Shown here: piece after piece, positions 51,870 to 64,000 of the stretch
Position numbering within the stretch: position 1 is the first letter of the stretch
Layout: each line of letters opens with the position of its first letter
Source: Hydrolagus affinis
Taxonomy: Eukaryota
Direction: 5' to 3'
Length of the DNA: 64,000 nucleotides
Assembly: GCA_012026655.1 (NCBI GenBank)
Contig: JAAILG010001552.1
Span: 1 to 64,000 of the forward strand
The notes under the pieces: model-generated
Database searches by the model: none
What the model was told of the DNA's origin: nothing
Seen by the model: the letters and a program-made list of their open reading frames with translations, nothing else
Translations under genes and position numbers: made by a program

Positions 51870-52235
51870 TACAACAATAAAATACACTTGTGTAGCGCCT
51901 TTCATGTCAGGAGGACGTCCCAAGACACTGGACAGTCACTGCTTCAGACCCGAGCTGAGGACAGAGTGGGGGAGGGAAGTGGGGGATAGGAGTCTCCAAT
52001 GGGTCCATCGAAGAGGGGAGTCTTGAGGCGAGACTTGAAGGAGGCTAGGGAGGCAGCAAGGCAGAGGGACTACAGGATGGAGTTCCAGAGGTTGTGGCAA
52101 AGTGGCTAAAGGCTCATCCACCAATGGTGGGACGGGGGATGTTGAGCAGGCCAGAGCCTGCTGAATGGAGGGGACGTACAGGTTGGTAAAGGGATAGGAG
52201 GTCACGGATGTAGGGTGGGGCGAGGTTGTGGATGG
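51870..52235 (-). mobile_element. L2 LINE 3' fragment
   Basis: Aligns with 34980-35350 (GCGCCTTTCA.GTC.GGAGGAC.TCCCAAG...AGTCTTGAGGC..CTTGAAGGAG). Confidence 0.8.
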
Positions 52236-55200
52236 ATCAATTAGAATGAATTTCTCAAAGTGCTTCACGGCTATAACAATGAGAGAAAGTTTTGCCCACA
52301 ATATATACAGTCACTACATTTTATAATAGATTCTGTGAAGCACTTTGAGTTGCCTCAACAGTGTAATAAGACGCTATATCAAATGCATGGATTGTAGAAT
52401 GAATATTAAGATAGAGTTAAGGGCAACTGTTTGTTTTTGATACTTGGTGTATCCTTTGTAAATTGCATTTAGCCATTTTTTAAGTATTGTCAATTTGACC
52501 CACCCTGGTATCCAATTGTACAATCCCTCGAGACACAATTCACAGATTATACCTCACTTTCTGCTATGAGAGTCTCTATTTCGCATACTTATCTGATTAG
52601 ACTCCAGCAATTACCACAATGTATACTCTCGGGTTCCCGAGCCTTATTCCTTACCAGCCTGTGCCTAATATACTCCGGAATTCGGTAAACAGGATTCATC
52701 GCTTTCCATTCCAACAATTTATCTCTGGAATCTCCGTATGTTGGTTGGACGCATGGAATTCTCCGCTTGGATTGGACTCTTAAGAGCTCCGAGACGCCAA
52801 CCGGCGTTAAAGGCGCTGTGTAAATATAAACTGTTGTTGTAAGCGTGGTGGTGGGTTTCCGTATGTGTCAGATGCCAGTTCTTGAAAAGAACTAACTTCT
52901 GAATTAAGGATGAATTTAAGAATTTCCAAACTTCTGCTGATATAAAATGTGAAGGCAATAGTGTTAAGCCTAAAACCATAGGAAACCTGGGGATTCTGAC
53001 AGCTTTACAATCCACTGTGGCTGTGAAACTGCTCCATAAGAAATTCAATCAATGTGCAGAAAGTGATTGAGGGCTTTGTGGCTGGAGGCACTTGTTTTCA
53101 TTGCTCTATCTGGGAAATTTCAGCTGACCTATTAGATTGACCAAAGGAAGATAAGTCTTCAATTTTAACTGTAAAAGTCCACTGTAGAAATTTCTTACAT
53201 TAAGATATTTTAACCAGCTCAAGAATTCATGGGAACAGGAAAGGTCAGGGATCAGAAAGAAAATTCAGCCACTGAACTTTATGGAGCGAAATTAATGGCA
53301 TTTCTCAACATGTTCAATGTAACAGTTCCCACTTGAAACACGTTATGGAGAGATTATTTTCACCCTTTTATCTTCAGTAGATTAATTACCATTGTGATAT
53401 TTATTTGTATGATTAACGATTCTTATATTTTGCATCTGTTCTGTTTCCTGATAGATTGTTTCAAATACTGATAAAGCAGTAAAGTTTTTTTCCCCGAGAT
53501 GTTTCACAATTATTTTTTATTGATTTCCATTTATGCCCTTTGGTTCTACTTTCTTGTTTTAGTTTCAAGTAATATTCTGAATTTAGATTTGATCTGTAGA
53601 TCCATAATCTATTTTATGACACTCAGATACCATCAGTTCAATCAGCCTTACATCAATTAGATTCGGAGATAACTGCAACATTGGCAATTTGACGGAGCCT
53701 GTCTACTGCATCGAATTGATGGCAGCAAAGTACATTTCACAAGAACTAATCCCAAATAAACTTTTATTTTTCTAAGAAAAACAATCAAGTCTAAAAGTCT
53801 CAGCTAATTCATTCAAATCAACCTTGAGGTGTCTGAAGTTGCTAGAGAACTGCACACATTCTGTTAATAATATTAAAATGCAGCCAATCTTTACTGCCGG
53901 TGAACAGAAATCTGCACATACTCTTAGTTGAGCTTGTATAGAGCTCACTTCAGCCTCAGGGCTCAGCAACAAGTTGTATAAATTTGGACTCTTGCACAAA
54001 ATTGCTTCACCTCATTTCAGCAGTATAAAAAGTGCATTATATTTTACTATTCTAGCTATAATTGTTTGTATTCCATTAGGCTTTTAATTGCTTACCGCAT
54101 CACCTCGATATTGATTGAAGAAAAGGAACTGCAGTATATGTATATTTTGTTAGATTATGGAATGGAATGGGGAATTGACTACAAATACACAGAATACGAA
54201 TTAAAGCTACCGATGGGCTTTCAATTGTTGGCCAAATCCATCTTCGTCTGTTAGGACATTCCTTTGCTGGGTTGTAGGGAACGGAGGAGGAAGAACCATA
54301 TTCCCAGTGATGTGTCTAGCATTTCTAATCTCTTTGACAAGAAAAGCAGGCCAGTCAATCACCAGGACTGCCCTGGAGCATCTGTGGAGCGGCTTGACTC
54401 AGAATGCACATCACTCAGAGAGATTTCACTCAGTTTTGCTCTCCCTTCACCAGGCACGTTACATTTGGAATCAGTACAACCCCATGATCTTAAATTTGAA
54501 GATGACAGTCTTAAAGATAAAAGTACAAGACATTTGAGCTTCGACTGGAAGCATTTCTGCAGAGAGTGACATGTGAAGATGCAGAATTCTCGTCCCCAGA
54601 AAGCTGTAGAGAACACAATCAATAGGGTTGTTTGAAAGCGAAACAGATCAAAGATTTGGGTAATAGAGGTTTTAAGGGATATACTGAAAGAGCTGGCTAT
54701 TGGGATTAAAAGATCTGACAAGAATTACTGGTGAACTGGTAGAATATACTCCATGGACTGAATTGCCTTTTCCTGCTCCTGTTTTCCTAATTTCTCCGTG
54801 GTATCAGGAACTCCAGGACAAAAATAACAACAACCTACATTTGTATGGGGCCTTTCATGTCAGAAGGACACCCCAAAGCACTGGTGTGTGTAGAGTACTT
54901 GGACAAATATTTAGCTCTTTTTGTTCTGGATTGCTAACACATTTTATAGTCATTGATTCATGCTGCAATTCACTGCTGCGCCGATTGACTTATTGAACGC
55001 AAATCGCGGTGTGCATTTGAGCGAAACCCACTTCTCCCATTAACAGAAGCAAGGCGATGTTTTCAGATAATCCGCACCGTATGTTGAGGGCGCATTGCTC
55101 GGCTCCTTCTGTGAAAATATCAAACAACAGATGTGACCGTGGGCACAGATCTGTCTCCGTAGCAACTGATTGCTTTTCTAAGCGAGAAAGAGGGGAAAAC

Positions 55201-58200
55201 AAAATTCCAAACGCCAGGAAATGAGAAGGTAAGTAACCTGAATGAGGAGTTTAAACAGAGTTAAACGGGCAGGCACTAAATGGTCGCCCCAAAAAAGTGT
55301 GGCTATGTTCTTGTGAGATATATTAACACTGATTTGAGTCAGTGTTACAGAGTCACAAGGCATGTATATAAGTCAGCATGTAGAGCTCTCTCTTGCAGCA
55401 ATGGGTAATTCCTAATGGGTTAGGAATGATTTTGGAGAGAGATTGGATGGTGTTTCCTGTATTATTTTACTTCTTAGCTGAAATGGTCAAACTATACATT
55501 CGTGACTATAGTGAGAACTGTATCGTTTATTTATGTGAACCCCAAAGCTGCCTGTTCATCTGTCTTTTTGTCACGGATTACAAGGATCAACGCTGTCACA
55601 AAGCCTGGTAAAATCCAGCAGCCTTATCATTTGCTGACGCCTGCCAATTTCCCCCAGATTCGCTCACATCACATGAAAACCAATTGTCCCTGCGTTGCAC
55701 ACACTCTGTGATGTTATATTACCTTTAAGCGGGAGAGACGGTTCAGATTAATTCCCCACACAAAAATCTGGCAAGCTCTTCACGCAAACACCAGCACACT
55801 TGACAATCATTATTGTGAAGCATTTCAAGAGGTTTCAACTTGATGAAAGAACTATAAAAATGCAAGTTCTTCAGCTTCAGATGCTATAACAATGGGCATA
55901 TTTCACAACAGAATTAATTCACTCTTCGTGACTCTCAGTCACTAACAACCAATTTTTTTCTCTCACCATTTCCAAACTTTATTCACGGGCAAATAAGCAA
56001 GACAAACAGGGTGCTGATGAATGTGAAGTGCAAATTTAGGGCAGACACCAGGAATTATTTACTTACATAAAGCTGGAACTGGTTAACAAAAAACTGACTT
56101 AATGAAGCAACATCTGGATGTTACAATGGGAAGACCAAAGGGTGAGCATATTAGAAGGGAGAGAGACAAAGCGAATTCTTCATTCAAACCTCTCTTGGAA
56201 TCTAGTGGAATGGTCATTGCACAGCTATGACATCACATCTGGAATAAAATGATGAGGAGAAAGACATTTGCAGGATGGAGGTGAAGGCAATTCCTGCAAC
56301 AGCTTTGTTCATCATCAACAACAACAACTTGCATTTATACAGCACCCTTCAAGGGGGCAATGTTAGAGGGTTTGAGTGAGAGAGTTCCAAAGCTTCGGGT
56401 AGAGGCTGAAGGAGCTGCTGCCTATGGTGGAGCAGAGGGGACAAGTTCACAAATATTAACCAATGCAAGTTCTCAAATATTATTCTAAGCCTTTTGAATC
56501 ATGCAATCCTAGGGCTAAAGGCCTCTATTGTGTGTTATCATTCACAATACCAAATATTCCTCTTTTTCTCACTAGTTATAAAATACAACTATTATCTGGG
56601 ATGTTCAATGCTTGAGGGGCCAGGATAACTGTTCAGAATTGAACAGTTCATCTTCTTTCTTTACACCTATACTTGCAAATGTAAACAGGATAAATGTTTC
56701 TTTGTTTTCTTAAACTGTGCAACATTCACATGCAAATCAGACATAAAATGAATGGCTACATGATAGACTTCATGCAAACCATAATAATTCATTGGTGATT
56801 TCTTCTTTAGGCAGAGTGGCGTGTGACGGTTCCTGTATTAAACCAAACACTGTTTAAAAGCACAAACATATTTGATTGCAATATTGTATCAAACTGCTCT
56901 CCAAAGAAGGATGTAACATTTGTATTTTGTTTCTACCTGGGATTCTATAGCAAAGTAAATGTCCATGCAATTTATATGAAACAGTTCTCAATGTATTCAT
57001 CATAATGCAGAATGGATCACTGAGCCTTTGCAGATTTCTTCCAAACCTATTTTAACCAGAGGCAACTGTAAATCAATGCATTGGGAGATCACAGATGTGG
57101 CAGCTGAAAGAAGGTAGCTATGGCTATGAGTCAGTGTTGGAAGTTGGAAAGAAAAGAGCTTCTGGCTTTGTGGGCTAATGCCATACAGCTATGATTCAGA
57201 CAGTTAGAGCTGGAAGAATCAGATCTATTTACAGTGAGTTGAATCAACAAAGAGACACAGCCATTTAAATGCCTGATGAAAATCTAACTTTTCGTGTGTC
57301 AAAATATTTATTGATTTTTCTCTGATCTCCTCTCCTGCAATGGATTTTCTTTTTGAAAGGATAGTATTGGTTTCATAGTTTCTAGCATTTTCATCCCAGT
57401 AAACTTTCTGGTTAGGCAGATCGCTTTCCAGAGGTAATAATCTCTCCCTCTACAAAATGATAAAAATTTGGTCACTCTATTTGCGATTGTTTGTGGGACA
57501 CCACTGTGCGCAATTGGCTGCCACCTTTTGCCCACAAAACATAGTATACCTTTGGGATGTCTGGAAGTGTGATAAAGCACTATATCAAATGCAAGGTTTA
57601 TTATTATTCTTATTGGTAACCATTGTTCCTTAGATAGACATGAATTTCAGTTAACAAATTTGGTCATTTCCAACATCATCATCTTATAACTAAGTTTCAG
57701 TAGAAAACAAGATTGTGGCTAGCTTGTGAGGTGGTTGCCTATTGAACATTGGAATACGTCCATTTGCAGAATTGATTTGACATAACTAGTAGCTTGACAA
57801 TCTCATTTTCGTATTAATTATGTTGTGAAAAATAAGCATTGGCAGAAGTGAGGAAAGAGTGGGCTAGACATTGCAACAATTACAAGCTGTTTGAGAAGAG
57901 TAGACAGAGGTTTATGAGGGGACTGATCAGTCCTTTCCATATAAATAAATAACAATGTACAATACCAGTGTGCTATATGAGATTAATCACGGTACTCAAG
58001 GAGCCAGTGATAAGTCTAAGATGTAAAGAAAGAGGAATATGTTCACAAGAAGGGTTGACATTCATTTAAATTTATAGTGGGTTCACTTGAACTCAATGAG
58101 CAATTTAACAGGAATGCTCAGAGGAGAATACACAATGGGAAATTCAAAATATGGGGTAAGAGACACACGGCTACCTATTTTCTGTTAGAGAGTGCAGGGA

Positions 58201-59591
58201 ATTGGCTTTGGGCATGGGGGAAAGAACAGGAAGGTGGGATTGTTGGAATTTGACCTGCCATCTGAAAAACAAGCCCGGCGCTGAGAGACTGAGAGAAAAT
58301 TCAACAATTTCAGCATCAATATAAGGCTTTCCTCAGAGGACTGATGGCTAGGAGCATGCAACATTTCGTATGGTTACTCTTTCGAGAACCATGTTAAATA
58401 TGCCATTTTGAACTATTAGTTATTATTATTGCATTACAGCTTGTCACTTAATTGCATATCCAATTTGCACGGTTATTTTACCCCATTAAGTGGTGTATCC
58501 CAATACTCCGATCTCATTTATAAGCAGAACCTTGTCAACTGCACATTTTGTGTGGAATGAAAAATAGAAGATGATGGCAATCCACTAAACAGATCTATAT
58601 CAGCGCCTAAAAGAGATACAAAGACCAGAATTTCAGCTCTTATCCCGAACGTGGAACTATCGTTCAGAAACCAATCGAGCTGTCGATTCAGATTGTTTTC
58701 TCAAGGGTTATCCAGATGTTCTAGGAATTACAGTCCTTTTTATCTCGGACTATTTTCAACCACATGATTATCTTTTTGATGCTCTGAAATGGAAATGAGA
58801 AGGTAAAATTAGGTCAATATAAATAGTCACATCTTTCAAAACACAGCGGTAAAATTGGGTGAGAAAATGATGTCTAAAATTTGGCCAATTTGACCTGTGT
58901 CATACTGAATGCTGAATATTTTTAGGTAAACTATTTATATTCCACATCTGGTATGCAAACTGATCATTTTTATTATAACTAATATATGTATAGAAACAAA
59001 CATGTGTAGCAAATGTCACCATCTACATAATTCTAATCATATTATATTTATTTACATATCTTTAGTGTGAACACAACATTCAGTCTAAAGAGGTTACAGA
59101 GATTTATTTAAAGTGCAAGGTTATTTTAACTAGAGTACTTTCTGTTAAAGGCATAACTGCTCTGAAAATGATAGGAATAGAGGAACAAGAGGCGGACATT
59201 TAGCCTTGGCAGCCATTTCCACCAGTTATTGGATTATGATAGATCATTAATCACATGTCTCCACTTACTGTACAGCAACACCCCACATTTGAGGTACTGT
59301 TAGGAGGAGTTGGAGGTGGGAAACTAGCAATTTGGTCACTCAATCACTGTTTATGGGAAACTCCTGTGTGCAATTGGCTGTTGTGGTTCACCTACAAAAC
59401 ACAGTTAATTCACTTTATGGTGTATACTGTGAAGTGCTCTATCGGGTCCTCCATTAACATTCCCTGTTCTGCTGAAAACAGATCTAATTTTCAAGCTGAT
59501 TCCCATCACAACATGTAATGGAAATAGAGACATTTTTGTCATTAGTGTATCAGCAGGCAATTCCCTCTCCTTCACATTAATAGTCTAAAAA

Positions 59592-59700
59592 GTTTTCAAG
59601 AGAGTCATTTTGGGCCCTTGTAAAAAAGTAAAGGGCCCAAAAAGACACTCTTGAAAACCATGGTACTGCCACCATTACCATGGTTCTTTTTTACAAAGGG
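59592..59700. repeat. Nested inverted repeats (possible MITE remnant)
   Basis: 28-bp arms 59592-59619 / 59631-59658 with 2 mismatches; AACCATGGTA/TACCATGGTT pair; CCCTTGTAAAAAAG / CTTTTTTACAAAGGG pair. Confidence 0.8.
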
Positions 59701-60149
59701 TGGCTTAAGTTCCATACAAGGAAATTGAACCAAAATATGTTTTTTTTTATCTGCAGCCCATAATCGAATTTCTACCTCCAATATTTTGTTTGTTCAAAGT
59801 TCTCAGTTTGCAACCAGAAAAGGGTTAGATAATTCATCCAGAAAGATTTGAATTTTTGAATCTAATGTTTGTTCTCCTTCTCTTTCAACCCATCAAAGGA
59901 ACGCATGAAAATCGTGCCAGCACAAATCCCCCAAGTGTTTGCAGGCCACGTTTTCGCCTGCTCTAATTCAGAACCTATTATAAAATGTGCACAAGGATTA
60001 GCTTCGCATGAGCTTCACAACACAGTAAAGAGATGGGATCAAACAAAACTAATTACCATTGCACCCCGTGATAATTGGCTAATAGCAATTAAGTCAGTGG
60101 TGTGGTGGGCAACATAGAATTCAGATATAAACAAGATACAAACTCTATT

Positions 60150-60500
60150 TCCTGTAGCTTAAGTTTTAGAGCCTTCAACTCGCAAGCAAGATGACCTGGG
60201 TTCAATTCTTGAGCATGGCAAAACTTTGGGCAAGTTTCCCTACTGCACAGATCTGTTTACCTAGCAGTAGGTAAATTGTTTGTTGATTGGTGGATTGCAT
60301 TTCCCAGCTATATAAATCCTACATATATAAAAAAAATTTGGTCACTCAATCCATGACTGTTTGTTGGTTGCAATTGGCTGTTGTGTTTTGCCCGTAACAA
60401 ATAGTCAATTAACTTTACCGTGCAATCTTTGAAGCGCTTTGAGCTTCAAGATGTGATAAGGCGCTATATTAAATGCAAAAGGTGCAAGGGTTGTTATTAT
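60150..60500 (+). mobile_element. tRNA-derived SINE, longer-body variant
   Basis: tRNA-like head, then TGTTTACCTAGCAGTAGGTAA segment, family body and tail. Confidence 0.8.
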
Positions 60501-60977
60501 TTGTCCCCATTTGAAATTTGTGCTCTCTGTATCATTGTAACCAATCCAAAAACCTTAACCATTCAGAGGCTGATCAATTTTCATTGTTTTACCAGCAATT
60601 CCTCAGCTTGAGGTTACATTGTTCACATGGAGTATTTGACCATCTCAGTCTCAACCGCAGCAACAATAGAGTCGATGTTTATGTAGCACCTTTCACGTAA
60701 TGAGATTAATTAAGAATGAAGTGGCAGCAACGTAGCTTCTGATTTATGTCAGAAGTTCTTCGTACAAACTACAAACTGATGAGTAGCCAAGTAGAGTAAT
60801 TAGAATTTGCATGCAGCATTGTCCTGCATTGCAGGCATGAAATGAATTACCAAATTATTGTCCTGGGTTTGTTGGGCAACACAGTGTATGAAATCTTTAA
60901 TGTCCACTTTTAAAGGCAGACAGAACGTTGGATTTAACCAGTATTGCATTGGAGCATCAGCCAAGACTATATGGGTT

Positions 60978-61293
60978 ATAATAATCAATAAATAATTCTT
61001 GTATTTGATGTAGCGTTTTTCACATCTTATCGACATCTCAAAGCACTTCACAGAATATACTGTAAAGTGAATTGATTGTGTATTTGTGGGCGAAAGGCGG
61101 CAGCCAATTGCGCACAGCAGTGTCCCACAAACAGTCGTGGATTGAAATGACCGATTTTTTATTGTGGTTTTTTTGGGGATGGATTATTATTAGGCATGTG
61201 GAGTAAGGGAACTTGCCCAAGGTTTCGCCCTCATCTGCCTCGATTCGAACACTTGTAAGGCAAATGCTCTAACCACTGAGCTACAGGAGATCC
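60978..61293 (-). mobile_element. Full-length tRNA-derived SINE
   Basis: Close match to 46580-46921. Confidence 0.92.
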
Positions 61294-61509
61294 ACATGAG
61301 GTCCAGTTGTGTGGCTTGAACCCAAACCCTTCTGAACACTTTATAATATCACAGCATTCAGTCCATCAATGAATTTCTGGGTAGAAATTTCTACTTAGGT
61401 CTAGATTAATTTCATTCATGTATCATTCAATTGAGTTCTTATGAATACTACTGTGCGCAATTCCTGCCACATTTTAACCAAAATATACAGTTAATTCGGC
61501 ATATACAGC

Positions 61510-61735
61510 ATAAAACAAAAACAGAAATCGATGCGAACACTCAGCAGGTCAGGCAGCATCTATGGAGAAAGGAAAGTGAGTCAACATTTCGGGTCCATGA
61601 CTCTGTCAAATGTGGTGCTTTTAAAAACCTCTCCCTCCCAACATGCCCCAGTTCTGAGGAAGGATCTGACGTGCTGAGAGTTCCCAGCATTTCTGTTTTG
61701 TTTCAGACTTCCAGCATCTGCAGTACTTTGTGTTT
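61510..61735. mobile_element. Inverted pair of Penelope-like terminal-repeat fragments
   Basis: AAAACAAAAACAGAAAT..ACTCAGCAGGTCAG at left is complementary to CTGACGTGCTGAG..ATTTCTGTTTTGTTT at right. Related to 24680-24765. Confidence 0.55.
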
Positions 61736-62311
61736 TGTCACTTTACAGCATAATCCTGTGAAGTGCTTTAAGATGTCTCAACAACCAGATAAGGTGCTAT
61801 ATCAAGGATTATTATATTGTATTATATTATATTATCAATTCAGACCCAGGTGGAATATTAACCCCATCATTCTGTAAAGAGTTTTGGATTATTTATTTTT
61901 GTGAAAGGCAGTAGATAAATATAAATTATTTTTCTACACTGACAATCAAACAAGAATTTTGCCTCCACTGCTCCCTGAAGATATTGCGTCAAACATCCCT
62001 CGCTGCTTAGGAAACGATTGGTTTGATTACTCTCAAGTCTTCCAGCACATCTCCATGGTGTGCTTTACCCTGTATGCAAAATTATCATAATTTAATTGCT
62101 TTTAAAGTCATTTGTCTTGTAATTTCTGTGAATTTTTTTTGAAGGTTTGCCTTCTTCTGACAATGGTCTTTACTGGTTGATCCTCTTCTCCCAATGATAT
62201 TGTTCTGACCCTACTTGTCTGCCCATTCATTGAGTGCTCTCACTATAATTTCGCATCATCAGTGTCTGCATTGCTTGCTCTCCTCTGAAAACCCTTCACA
62301 ACTTATGATTT

Positions 62312-62675
62312 GGAGTCCTGTAGTGTGTTGGTTAGAGCACTCGCCTCACAAGCAAGAAGACCCTGGTTCAATTCCCAGGTGAGGCAAAACCTTAGGCAAG
62401 TTTCCGTATTCCATAAGCATTTGCTTACCCAGCAGTAACCAAGAACCCGGTTGTTCATCGATTGGGGTATCGGTAATAATTGCTGCAAAAATAAATAATA
62501 ATAATAATAATTTGGTCACTCAAGGCACGAATGTTTGAGAAACACTGCTTGTGTGCAATTGTCTGCCATGTTTTGCACACAACATGTGCAGTAAATTGAC
62601 TTACAATATATTCTGTAAACTGCCTTGAAACGTCTCGAAAACATAATAAGGTGCTACATCAAATGCAAGGATTTT
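62312..62675 (+). mobile_element. tRNA-derived SINE, longer-body variant
   Basis: GGAGTCCTGTAGTGTGTTGGTTAGAGC..GGTTCAATTCCC head, TTACCCAGCAGTAA segment and family tail. Confidence 0.85.
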
Positions 62676-64000
62676 TTAAAATTATATTTTTGTTCCAGAT
62701 GGTGTTAGGAACAAAGCTAGACTCCAATTCACATTGCCCTCAGCCCATGTTTAAACCTCACATTTGCTTAAGCATTGTTGCCAAAATCACCGTAATTTGG
62801 CATAAACAACATGCACCTCCACTATAGCACATTCTGTAGCGGGCACTTAAAATGCAAATTTACATTATGAACCTGCATCAAAGCATCCCAAAGGTATTTG
62901 AAGATTTTAGAGGAAAGCTACAGTGCTTTTGCAAGAAGCTAATAAGCAACAACTTCCCTTCCTGAAAGCTGTGTCATTGCATCTCAACTCAATATGCTTT
63001 CACCAAGAGATGAAACCTCTCCATTGCTCTCTGGCCCACGGGATCACAATTGCGAGAGAGACTCAAGCAATCACTTTCCTTTCTTTCCACAACTATATGC
63101 CAGTGTACAGAAACCTCTGTTAAGAATTGAATCACCACCATCACATGTTTGGGTGACCCTGTCATGTTTCCATGGATACTTCAGGGGTTACCAGCAAAGA
63201 TCACAGCTCTTTTCTAATTGCAGCCAATTCTAATCCCCCCTCCCTTTGAATTCACCCAATGTATGTAATACCTGGTCCTCTCAATCTATGTGCAACAACC
63301 AAGCTTAAAGGAAAAAAATGTTTTAGATTATTTATTGAAACCCAGTTGAAGGACTATGAAGGTCTTATAACACAGACAATCTCTGGGGGAGGAAACAAAA
63401 ATATTCTCACAGGCAACAGATCAGAATAACCAATATCTTCTTGGTATTGAAAGCTATCTCTACTCATATAAAAACTAGGAATAAACTTTCATATTTTAAA
63501 AACATCATATTTTAAGCACTGCATTTTTCAAAAATATTCAGTCTCCCACAAACTCAGTTCCAACCACCAGCAGTGTTGCAGTAAGATTAAACGTTTTAAA
63601 AATATGTTTTTCTTTCTAACTGATCCCCAGCACCAGTATCAATCAGCACATTTTCCTACAGAGACTAACTGTCCACATCCTTGCTCCAAATTGGGTAGAG
63701 CATAAGAACATTAAGATTTGCTAGGCAAAAAAAGACCAAGGTCTAAGCAGTTTGCCTTCCATCCTAGCAGTTACATGCACATGCCAGATCCCAAACTACA
63801 TACTGTATTAATGCTTTCTGTGTATTTTTCTTGGATGTTTTATTCCCTTTTCTATCATTCTCCCCATTTCTTTTTGAGGAATAATAAATAGCATTTACAG
63901 CATAGGGGAGCAGTCTGAGCTCGTGTTGTAAGGTTTCCAGTCAAAGGTCCGAATCCTCCGAGTATATTGTCATTCGCTTCCCAGGCAGATGGCCGAGATC

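Noticed and set aside
63905-63982. Possible vault RNA or other Pol III gene (vault RNAs lie upstream of tetrapod Pcdh clusters); GGGGAGC...GGTCCGAATCC...GCTTCCC
   Set aside because: Weak box A, imperfect box B and no oligo-T terminator before the window ends. An Infernal search with the Vault model would settle it.

Overview
Eukaryotic, vertebrate DNA. It is most consistent with a cartilaginous fish (chimaera or shark type); this is inferred from the repeat families and gene layout, not from a database search. The window covers part of a clustered protocadherin (Pcdh) locus transcribed on the minus strand. In transcription order it holds: about 20 kb of repeat-rich upstream DNA (64000-44100); a solitary, GC/CpG-rich variable exon (43618-41084) with its own CSE promoter; about 30 kb with no cadherin exon, containing candidate small constant exons (best at 27948 and 12982) and two strong, reverse-oriented CTCF motifs (14028, 9951); and the start of a tandem array of variable exons. 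That array comprises a heavily deleted remnant (about 9560-8810), a frameshifted pseudogene (8121 to about 6200), an intact exon (5353-2935) and an intact exon running off the window (1687-1). The last three each have a homologous promoter block of about 115 bp. The layout resembles the solo Pcdh-delta gene followed by the epsilon subcluster described in elephant shark, but that assignment is an inference. The rest is tRNA-derived SINEs with L2-like tails, L2 and CR1 LINE fragments, Penelope-like pieces and microsatellites. Nearly all short ORFs in the track are chance or antisense shadows. I found no evidence of a wholly new system; the best leads are regulatory architecture and unannotated small exons.
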